39,326 nt of DNA from a virus (taxonomy: Duplodnaviria > Caudoviricetes), in the IMG/VR virus record IMGVR_UViG_3300032302_000077, positions 1 to 39,326 of that record. One strand, written 5' to 3'. The position numbers and the translations under genes were made by a program. This document shows, in pieces, positions 27,125 through 34,488 of this stretch (position 1 is its first letter; every line of letters starts with the position of its first letter). The notes below the pieces were generated by a model. That model was not told the origin of the DNA. It did not search any database and saw nothing but the letters and a program-made list of their open reading frames with translations.

Positions 27125-27274
27125 TTAAAACTTCCCGTAATTTGGGTCGATTGCATAAAACAATGGAACATCTGGATATTTTGTGTATTCTTCATCGCTC
27201 TGTGATGTTTTATCAGAGCAAGAAGTTAAGAGCAACCCTAAAAATAAGGCAATAATAGCCTTTTTATTAGACAC
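27125..27274 (-). CDS. Small lipoprotein (49 aa, GTG start, not in the ORF track)
   Basis: MSNKKAIIALFLGLLLTS-CSDK: basic n-region, h-region, lipobox LTSC. Confidence 0.55.
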   Translation of the reverse strand: MSNKKAIIALFLGLLLTSCSDKTSQSDEEYTKYPDVPLFYAIDPNYGKF

Positions 27275-27533
27275 TAAAACCCTTGTAAGCAATAATCTTT
27301 CCAGTAGCTAAAGTTACTGCCGTAAAGGTTCCAAAAATAGTAAGACCTTTGGGGTAAGTTACAGAGGTGACTTGAGAGCTTCCAGAAGTCCCAGCAGACC
27401 AGTTAGAGGACGTTAAAGTTGTGAATGTGGTATCTTCTAGCATCGTAATAGCACAATAGTTTTTGCCTGTTGCAGAAGTGGTATTGCTAATAAATTCAGC
27501 ACCATATTGACCTAAAGCTTCGTATTCAGTCAT
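27267..27533 (-). CDS. Small Thr-rich putative virion protein
   Basis: 88 aa, beta-rich composition; GAAA-rich upstream region; precedes the LamG gene. Confidence 0.6.
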   Translation of the reverse strand: MTEYEALGQYGAEFISNTTSATGKNYCAITMLEDTTFTTLTSSNWSAGTSGSSQVTSVTYPKGLTIFGTFTAVTLATGKIIAYKGFSV

Positions 27534-27546
27534 TTTTATATTTCCT

Positions 27547-27774
27547 TTAGCTAGGGACGTTTACTCCACTTAAATCTTCTTGTTGGTTTGAAATTACCAA
27601 AGCTCCACGACCCCTTCTACGATAATCTTGTCTACGAGCACTTATAGAAGAATCAGAAGGCATAATTTCTTTAGTTAATTGAACAGGAGCAGGGGGCGGT
27701 GGTGGGGGCGGTGGTGGTGGCGGTATAACTGGTGCTTTATAACTTCCTCCTCCTCCTCCTCCTCCCATACACAT
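27547..27774 (-). CDS. gp6.7-like small virion protein
   Basis: MC start, Gly and Pro runs, RRRGRGALVI...SGVNVPS; upstream of portal. Confidence 0.7.
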   Translation of the reverse strand: MCMGGGGGGGSYKAPVIPPPPPPPPPPPAPVQLTKEIMPSDSSISARRQDYRRRGRGALVISNQQEDLSGVNVPS

Positions 27775-27778
27775 AAAT

Positions 27779-27994
27779 TTATCTCCCTATTTCCTGTTGA
27801 TCGTCAAATTTTGATTGTAAAAATCTTACAATTTGACGCTGACCACTATAAATCCAAATATCCCGATCAGATTCACTAGAATCTGGACATCTTTCGGGAA
27901 CCATTTGGTGCAACACATCTAGTAAAGTCTTAGATACTTTTGGAAATTCGTCAACATTTTTTTCACTTTTACTAATAATTTTATAGCCAGCCAT
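27779..27994 (-). CDS. Conserved hypothetical protein at the gp6.5 position
   Basis: Likely start MAGYK at 27994 after AAAGGAGG; P..CP...DRDIWIYSGQR.IV..L pattern. Confidence 0.65.
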   Translation of the reverse strand: MAGYKIISKSEKNVDEFPKVSKTLLDVLHQMVPERCPDSSESDRDIWIYSGQRQIVRFLQSKFDDQQEIGR

Positions 27995-28355
27995 AATCCT
28001 CCTTTGGCAAGTCATCCAACTCCTTCGGTAACAAGCCTTTGTCAATTCTATGTTTTGTTTCTATCATCGCTCCAATGTTCCAAAGGCAAGCTACATCATG
28101 CCTTTCGTCTCGCATACCAGCAAGATGTTTTGTTAAATGACGCAACGCAGAGTCAGCATAACGACTTAACGGCTGGCCTTTTTCCCAGTTGCGAGAAGCA
28201 TATTTCTTAGCTCCTTCTTCAAGTTGCCTAGCCCACATAAACAAAGCGTAAGGAGGAAGTAGGTCAAACCTGCCTTTATTTTCGTTTGTATCTCTTACAG
28301 AACCCGTATCAAAGTTTTGTCGTTTACCAGAGTCTTTAACTACTACTTCATTCAT
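27981..28355 (-). CDS. dATP/dGTP diphosphohydrolase N-terminal-like (DUF5664) protein
   Basis: TGSVRD...KGRFDLLP...GAKKY..RNWEKG...DSALRHL motif. Confidence 0.8.
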   Translation of the reverse strand: MNEVVVKDSGKRQNFDTGSVRDTNENKGRFDLLPPYALFMWARQLEEGAKKYASRNWEKGQPLSRYADSALRHLTKHLAGMRDERHDVACLWNIGAMIETKHRIDKGLLPKELDDLPKEDYGWL

Positions 28356-28654
28356 TCGTTTTCCTCTAATGTCAATATATTACATTCCCGTGCAACCAAA
28401 GCTTCTAGTAAAGCCCCAGCACTTTTCTCAAACCCAGGAAGAAATACAATACGATCAGAATTTAAAAGATTTTTAATATCTTCTTTTAAATACATAAACC
28501 TTGGAAGTGTAATATCTCCATCAAAGTTTTCTGCTGGGTTGCGAACTATGTACCCTTTAGCTCTTAATTCAGTAGCTTTAGAGTGAAACGCAGGGTAGTT
28601 GTGATTTGGTAGGCCCGTCATGGCTCCGCTTATGTATACGCTTAAGGTTGCCAT
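28352..28654 (-). CDS. DUF4406 family protein (nucleoside deoxyribosyltransferase-like fold)
   Basis: VYISGAMTGLP..NYPAF, NPAE, LPGFEKSAGALLE motif. Confidence 0.85.
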   Translation of the reverse strand: MATLSVYISGAMTGLPNHNYPAFHSKATELRAKGYIVRNPAENFDGDITLPRFMYLKEDIKNLLNSDRIVFLPGFEKSAGALLEALVARECNILTLEENE

Positions 28655-29385
28655 AGTATTACCTCATTGTTTTTGTATTCACCTTTTCTCAAGATACGGG
28701 AAACCCTAGCTTGTACTAAGGCTTCTGATTCTGGAACTCCTTCTTTGGCGTAAGCCTTAAGCACTTTGTCCCATAGCCCTTTAGAGCCAACAGGCCCAAG
28801 TATCTTTTCAGCGGTCTTTGGGCCACATCCTACCAAACCTGTGTAGCCGTCTGTCTGGTCACCCGTAAGGGCTTGGAATAGATGCCACCAATCGGCTTGT
28901 TCTTTAGATACCTCAATCACCCCTTCTTCAGCTTTGTGGGGGTTGTAATGCTTTGCTGGGAGCTGTTTAAAGTCTTTATCTTCACCAACTACAATAGCTT
29001 TACCATTCAATTCAGTAGCCCATATACCCAGCAAATCATCTGCTTCTAGGGTTGGTTGCATCTCTGCCTTATACTCTGCAACCAGCCACTCTCTAACCCT
29101 TGGGTAAAGAAGAGGCTTTCTTATTTTTTTACGACTTTCCTTGTAGGTAGGAAGAATCCTTTTTCTCCAGTTGGTGCTGTCGGACAGAGCTACTTTGATA
29201 CTATCTGCCTTCAGCTCTTCCTTCAGTTCTACAAGAAACGCAGTAATGGTTTGCGTAGCTGTTTTGACATCTCCGTGGAGAGTCCACATATCGTTGCCCC
29301 AATCACAGGGGTATTCATTGGTAATTGTATGCCAGAAGGCAAGCCAATCACCATCTATTAGTATTGTGTTTTTTGTGTTTTTCAT
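28642..29385 (-). CDS. 5'-3' exonuclease (T7 gp6-like)
   Basis: LIDGD, NWRK.ILPTYK..R, LEADDLLG, DKD, GDQTDGY.G..G.G motifs. Confidence 0.93.
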   Translation of the reverse strand: MKNTKNTILIDGDWLAFWHTITNEYPCDWGNDMWTLHGDVKTATQTITAFLVELKEELKADSIKVALSDSTNWRKRILPTYKESRKKIRKPLLYPRVREWLVAEYKAEMQPTLEADDLLGIWATELNGKAIVVGEDKDFKQLPAKHYNPHKAEEGVIEVSKEQADWWHLFQALTGDQTDGYTGLVGCGPKTAEKILGPVGSKGLWDKVLKAYAKEGVPESEALVQARVSRILRKGEYKNNEVILWQP

Positions 29386-29389
29386 AAAT

Positions 29390-29770
29390 CTAGTATTTTA
29401 CTTTTTTTAAACTTTTAATTTGGATAGCATATTGGGCTTTAGTATGAGCATCTTTTGAGTTGCTATATTTAATAAACAATCGAGCTTGCTCTTTTTTCTC
29501 ACGCAAAAATGGGAATAAGCTGTTGACAACATAGAGGGCATCATTTCCGTATGCCCTAAAATTATAAAAATGCCTCCATTGTTTCTTTTTAGAGACGTTA
29601 GGCATTTTTTTACACCACCCTCCGTAAATTTTATGAAATTTCTGAACAACTTTTGGGTAACACGATTTAATAGAAATAACTCTGGCTCCAACTTTTGAAA
29701 CATGGATACAGCCTTCTCCGTCAAAGTAACCAGCAAGATACGAAAGTTCAATTTCATTAGGTTGTCTCAC
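29390..29770 (-). CDS. Free-standing single-motif LAGLIDADG homing endonuclease
   Basis: YLAGYFDGEGCI helix, PFLREKKEQA motif; AT-richer than flanks. Confidence 0.85.
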   Translation of the reverse strand: MRQPNEIELSYLAGYFDGEGCIHVSKVGARVISIKSCYPKVVQKFHKIYGGWCKKMPNVSKKKQWRHFYNFRAYGNDALYVVNSLFPFLREKKEQARLFIKYSNSKDAHTKAQYAIQIKSLKKVKY

Positions 29771-31609
29771 TCAATGGGTCTCTGCCCAATTAAAGCCGAT
29801 TTTAAACTCTCCGTCAAGAGGGCAACGGAACTTAAAATCGCTCCCTGCTTGACGTATAGATTCCACCGCTGTATTGCCTACTAACTCCTCAATTCCAGAC
29901 TTTGCCTCAATTTGTAACTCATCGTGAATGTGGGCTACAATTCCGTAGTCTTTACCAAAACCATAGCCCTTTGCTTCTAGTGATTTTACTAGGTTGATTG
30001 TAGCTCTTTTCATAATCAAAGCACCTGCTGACTGAAGAAGTACATTTAAAGAGGCGTGAGCAGAACGGACGGGCAAATGTCTGCCATCCAGACCGATCAA
30101 ATAGCCCCTTTGGTTTACTGCCAACTCAACGGCATCCTTAAGCCTTTTAATGGCTGGAAGCTTGGTTTGAAACTGGTCAATAATCTTACGGCCTTCCCTC
30201 TCACCTTTGTTAATGATGCTACCAATCTTGGCTGGCCCTGCTCCGTACAAGAAGGCGTAGATAAAGGTCTTGGCATCGTTGCGTGTGGGCAACCCAGAAG
30301 CTTGTTGATTAGCTGTGTGGATGTCTCCTTCAAGAAGCACCTTGGCGTAGCTACCTCCGTCATAAGGAGCCATGAAGTGAGCCAAGCAACGCAACTCAAT
30401 ACCGCTGGCATCTGCCCCAATCAGCTTAAAGCCATTTGTAGCTACAAAAAGACTACGGCACTCTTCACCATAAGCAGACCCTACTCTTGGTACTTGAGCC
30501 ATGTTTGGCCCTCGATGTGTGCAACGACCCGTGACGGCTCCGTTAGTAATTACCCTGCCGTGCATACGACCATCACCCTTAACAAGCTTCATCCAAGCCT
30601 CGTTTCCCTCTGCAAGCTGACCTAGTCGCTTCGATACTAGTAAGTATTCTAGGAGTGGCTTGGCCTCTGCAAATCCCATCCTTTCAAGAGCCGTAAGCAC
30701 TTGTTCGTCAACTTTGGGTTTGCCATCTGGTGTAAACTCTTGGGGTTTCCAGCCTTTTTTGATAAAGCGGTTTGCGATCTGGTCTCTGCTTCCTGGGTTG
30801 AATGGGATGATTTTCTTTTTCTTGCCACCTTTAACAATGTACTTTGCCTTGTAACCAGCCTGTACTGCTGACTTCTTGGTTGTCCATTCTTTTCCGTCTT
30901 GTGTTACCCATAAACTAGACTTCATCTCTTCCTCATCTGGAGGAAACACCGCTTGCATATTCGCCTCGATCTCAGCCCTCTTCTTCTGAAGTAAAGCACA
31001 AAGAGCTTCAGCTTTGGTGTGGTCAAACTTGAACCCGTAGGTTTCTTGATTCTGCATTATCTTTGCAAACTCATGCTCTAGTTCGACACTAGCTTTAGAT
31101 GGGTTCTTGGTCTGGATAAGCCTGTAGAGTTTTAAGGTAACGGCTACATCTTGTACGCAATAATCCTCCATAGCTGGAGTCCAGACTTCAAAGCTGTTGT
31201 TCTCCTTGAAGTCACCCTTCTGCAATCCAATACGGATACCCCAAGCCTTGAGCGAATGGGAACCAATCATCTCTTTGGGAAACCCATCGTTAAGCCTAGA
31301 GAAATCATTCTCCTTTAAGTCGGGCCAAATGAGCCTAGTTAATACCAAAGTATCCTCTATCACCTTTGGCTGGACGAACCAACTATAGAGCTTCTTAAGA
31401 ACCAGCAGGTCAAAGCCGATTATGTTGTGTCCTATAATCCTGTCGGCACTAGCTAGTTCTTTGATACCAGCTTCAATAGAGTTGCCGTTGGGCTGTTGGT
31501 TATACCTTGTGGTTGCACCAGAATCCATATCTGTAATTACCAGACAATGAATCTTGGTGGTCTTTTCGACTAGGTGATCTGATTCTAAATCAAATATAAG
31601 TGTTTTCAT
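29771..31609 (-). CDS. Family A DNA polymerase (T7 gp5-like)
   Basis: FDLE and HNIIGFD exonuclease motifs, DASGIELR, AKTFIYAFLYGAG, HDE, NWAETH end. Confidence 0.97.
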   Translation of the reverse strand: MKTLIFDLESDHLVEKTTKIHCLVITDMDSGATTRYNQQPNGNSIEAGIKELASADRIIGHNIIGFDLLVLKKLYSWFVQPKVIEDTLVLTRLIWPDLKENDFSRLNDGFPKEMIGSHSLKAWGIRIGLQKGDFKENNSFEVWTPAMEDYCVQDVAVTLKLYRLIQTKNPSKASVELEHEFAKIMQNQETYGFKFDHTKAEALCALLQKKRAEIEANMQAVFPPDEEEMKSSLWVTQDGKEWTTKKSAVQAGYKAKYIVKGGKKKKIIPFNPGSRDQIANRFIKKGWKPQEFTPDGKPKVDEQVLTALERMGFAEAKPLLEYLLVSKRLGQLAEGNEAWMKLVKGDGRMHGRVITNGAVTGRCTHRGPNMAQVPRVGSAYGEECRSLFVATNGFKLIGADASGIELRCLAHFMAPYDGGSYAKVLLEGDIHTANQQASGLPTRNDAKTFIYAFLYGAGPAKIGSIINKGEREGRKIIDQFQTKLPAIKRLKDAVELAVNQRGYLIGLDGRHLPVRSAHASLNVLLQSAGALIMKRATINLVKSLEAKGYGFGKDYGIVAHIHDELQIEAKSGIEELVGNTAVESIRQAGSDFKFRCPLDGEFKIGFNWAETH

Positions 31610-31626
31610 GTTGTGTTTTACCTACG

Positions 31627-33222
31627 TTATTCCAACTCTTCTGGAACTTCAATCTCTGAATCGGGAATAGCAATCTCCTTGAGCCTACCTGTTTCCTTGC
31701 TGTACTCAAGGCGACAACTAATACCAGTTTCTCCAGTAAACCTATTCTTAAGAATACGAACACTAGTGATGTTTCTATCGTTGCCCTCGGCTTGCTGGTC
31801 ACGCTCTAGGCCAATCACAATGTCTGAAAGCTGGGCAATACCAGCAGAGCCTCGAAGCTGTGACAGGCTAGTGGTTGCACCATCTTCATGCCCCCTGCCT
31901 TCTGGACGCTTAAGATGGGACACAAGAATCATCCCGATCTTCAGCTCTTCCACAAGGCTACGGAGCTTGGTCATTGTGTTGTCAATAAGCCTACGCTCGT
32001 CTCCGTCACCCATACCAGATACCACAATGCTCAAGTGGTCGAGGACTATGTACTCACACCCACAGCCTCTAGCCATGTACCTTACTCTGTTTAGCAGGTT
32101 GTCCGAATCCAAGGAACCAAAGTGGTCATAGGTAAAGAACTTCTGGCTAATAGTACCATTGAATAAATTCTTTAGCTCCTCTTGGCTTATGCTGTCTGGC
32201 TTTAGGTGCAACGGCTTGCTGGCTTCAATCGCTAAGATGCCCAATGCTGTACGCCTTACAGATTCCTCAAGGGCTATATAGCCAATACTTTTGTTGTTGC
32301 GTAACAACCAATGAGCAATCTCCCTGCAGAACTGGCTCTTTCCAATACCAGAACCTGCACAAATGGTAACCAGCTCGCCCTTACGAAGCCCGTGAGTCAT
32401 GGCCGATACACCTGCATAGGGGTAAGATACAGATTCCTCTAGATCAACTTTTGTTATGTAATCCCAAAGCTCGTTGCCACCTACAATTCCATCTGGCCTA
32501 AACTCTTTAGCACTCCATATAGCATCAATAATCTCTGGCCCCCTACCAGCCACAAGTAACTCGTTAGCGTCCTTCATGTGCAACGAAGCAATCCTAGCTT
32601 TCCCTGGACTTAATAAAGATGCACATTCCTTTGAAGCCTTCTTACCAGCTTCATCCATATCAAACATAAACACGACTTTCTCAAACTTCTCAACCCAATC
32701 TATATTCCTACGAAGTGCCTTGGTAGCGGATTGAGCACCAGTAGGAATGGATACTACAGGCCATTTATTTCCTTGAGCTTGGGACACAGAAAGGCAATCA
32801 ATCTCACCTTCAGTAATCACAAGCATCTTCCCACCATCCCTAAACAAATGCTGGCCGTAAAGAGTCATCTCAGAGGCTTCTCCAAGAATCATAAAATCCT
32901 TGTTAGGGAAGCGTAGCTTCTGGGCTACTGGATTGCCCTCTTTATCTTTGTACTCTGCGATCTGGACGGGCTTGCCGTTAAACTCTCCAAGCTTGTAACC
33001 GAACTTCTGACAAGTCTCCATGTGGATATTGCGTTTGGTCAAAGCCGTAACATTACCTTCAATTAAGTTAGCCATATAAATGTTTGGTTTCTCCTTTATC
33101 TCCCCGTTGCTTTTAGAATATGCGGAACAAGAGAAGCAGTAAGCTGACCCATCAGAATACTCTGCACGAGCATCCGATGAACCACACTTACTACACTCTG
33201 TATGTCTTATAAAGTCAGCCAT
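31627..33222 (-). CDS. Primase/helicase (T7 gp4-like)
   Basis: Zn finger C..CGSSD...CFSC, TOPRIM ITEGEID, GSGIGKS, LDHLS, LRGSA.IAQLSD, KNRFTG. Confidence 0.97.
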   Translation of the reverse strand: MADFIRHTECSKCGSSDARAEYSDGSAYCFSCSAYSKSNGEIKEKPNIYMANLIEGNVTALTKRNIHMETCQKFGYKLGEFNGKPVQIAEYKDKEGNPVAQKLRFPNKDFMILGEASEMTLYGQHLFRDGGKMLVITEGEIDCLSVSQAQGNKWPVVSIPTGAQSATKALRRNIDWVEKFEKVVFMFDMDEAGKKASKECASLLSPGKARIASLHMKDANELLVAGRGPEIIDAIWSAKEFRPDGIVGGNELWDYITKVDLEESVSYPYAGVSAMTHGLRKGELVTICAGSGIGKSQFCREIAHWLLRNNKSIGYIALEESVRRTALGILAIEASKPLHLKPDSISQEELKNLFNGTISQKFFTYDHFGSLDSDNLLNRVRYMARGCGCEYIVLDHLSIVVSGMGDGDERRLIDNTMTKLRSLVEELKIGMILVSHLKRPEGRGHEDGATTSLSQLRGSAGIAQLSDIVIGLERDQQAEGNDRNITSVRILKNRFTGETGISCRLEYSKETGRLKEIAIPDSEIEVPEELE

Positions 33223-33596
33223 TCCTGCGGAATTACTTTTTCACTCCAGAGGAACCCGTTTGTCGTTGACCACTCTGCGTAGGTGGTGCGGGACTTCTTG
33301 TTTAGACGAGCTGTAGACTTGGAAAAAACCAATCGAATGTCTAAACTTGGGTCTTGCTTCTTTAATAGAAGTAACTTGCTCCTGTCCTGCGGTGTGAACC
33401 ACCCCTTTCCCTCGATTAGAACTCCGTTTGGCAGTATAAAGTCTGGAATGTAATAACATATTCTTTGATATTTTAGTCGAATAGTTTCGTAGCCAAACTG
33501 CACCCCAGCCTTTTCAAGCTGGGACGCAATCTGGACTTCGAGACCGCTTCTATATTTAGAAGTCCTCTGGTAGTTCGGGCGTTTTGCTCGATACAT
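33207..33596 (-). CDS. Endonuclease I / Holliday junction resolvase (T7 gp3-like)
   Basis: YRSGLE, YIPDF.LPNG..IEGKG, LDIRLVF motifs. Confidence 0.95.
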   Translation of the reverse strand: MYRAKRPNYQRTSKYRSGLEVQIASQLEKAGVQFGYETIRLKYQRICYYIPDFILPNGVLIEGKGWFTPQDRSKLLLLKKQDPSLDIRLVFSKSTARLNKKSRTTYAEWSTTNGFLWSEKVIPQEWLTL

Positions 33597-34197
33597 TTGA
33601 GGACTCCTTGGGTTTGGTTAGTTCTGGGAATGTTTCGCCTTGAGCTACAAAACCCTCTTCTTCCGAAGAGAAGCCGAAGCTTTCAAAGCTAGAGCCACCA
33701 GAAGAAGGCTCTTTGAGGTCGATCACTTGCACAGCACGGAGACGGAGGGTTACCCCAACTCCCAATGCGGGTACAAACCACGGACTAGCTTCACAACCAA
33801 TCTTGATTGTGGAACCGCCACCGATCAGCTTGTCGCAGGGCGAACCTTTGCTGTCGAACAAGGCTGGACGCATCTCAATGCTCTCCCCGTTCTTGGTCTT
33901 GACCTTGGCTGGCAGTTTGAAGTTAATCTCCAGCTTGTCACCATCCTCGTTTTCTTTCCAAGGGTAGTCTGCAAGCTTGAGCTTGTTCTTCTTCTGCTGT
34001 TTGCAAGTCTCCTCGTAGTATTCTTTAAGGAGCTGTTTTACTGACTGAACAAACGAACTGGCTTCTTCTTTGGAAACTAAAAGTTTCGTAGAATAAACAC
34101 CATCTTCGTTGAATTTAGTATCTGCTCTGTTGAGCTTTGGGTACATCGCCACACCTTTAGGGCTGGTCAAACGTACACGATTATACTTCTTATCCAT
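33556..34197 (-). CDS. ssb: Single-stranded DNA-binding protein (gp2.5-like)
   Basis: TSPKG...YPKL, IGGGS, GVTLRLRAVQVIDL, acidic tail ending DF. Confidence 0.92.
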   Translation of the reverse strand: MDKKYNRVRLTSPKGVAMYPKLNRADTKFNEDGVYSTKLLVSKEEASSFVQSVKQLLKEYYEETCKQQKKNKLKLADYPWKENEDGDKLEINFKLPAKVKTKNGESIEMRPALFDSKGSPCDKLIGGGSTIKIGCEASPWFVPALGVGVTLRLRAVQVIDLKEPSSGGSSFESFGFSSEEEGFVAQGETFPELTKPKESSNVSSKTPELPEDF

Positions 34198-34247
34198 TTT
34201 GTGTTTTTACCTTTCTGTGTTTTGTGTTGTTGTGTTTTAGCTCTAGC

Positions 34248-34487
34248 CTACTTGGAATTTAATTCAAAACCAGTTAGGTTAGGCTGAAGTGGGTCAGTAT
34301 CTTCATCGTCCACAAATTCAAGACGACCAGACGGATAAAAACCACTACCTCTTAAGAATTGCTGGAAACTTTGAAGGACTTCAAAAATATCCTTAGCTTC
34401 AAATTCAATAGTAGTTTTAGATTTTGGAAACCCGTAAGATTCCCCAGTCTCAATGTCCTCACTTATGAATGTGTATTTTGTTGTCAT
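34248..34487 (-). CDS. Hypothetical phage protein
   Basis: 79 aa, abuts the RNAP stop; EFEA...VL..F..FLRGSGF pattern. Confidence 0.7.
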   Translation of the reverse strand: MTTKYTFISEDIETGESYGFPKSKTTIEFEAKDIFEVLQSFQQFLRGSGFYPSGRLEFVDDEDTDPLQPNLTGFELNSK

Positions 34488-34488
34488 A

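Noticed and set aside
27690-27765. GGT/CCT trinucleotide runs as contingency repeats
   Set aside because: They encode poly-Pro and poly-Gly of the gp6.7-like protein, in frame
29390-29800. Group I intron or intein in the DNA polymerase
   Set aside because: Polymerase is uninterrupted with a canonical C-terminus; no flanking non-coding sequence
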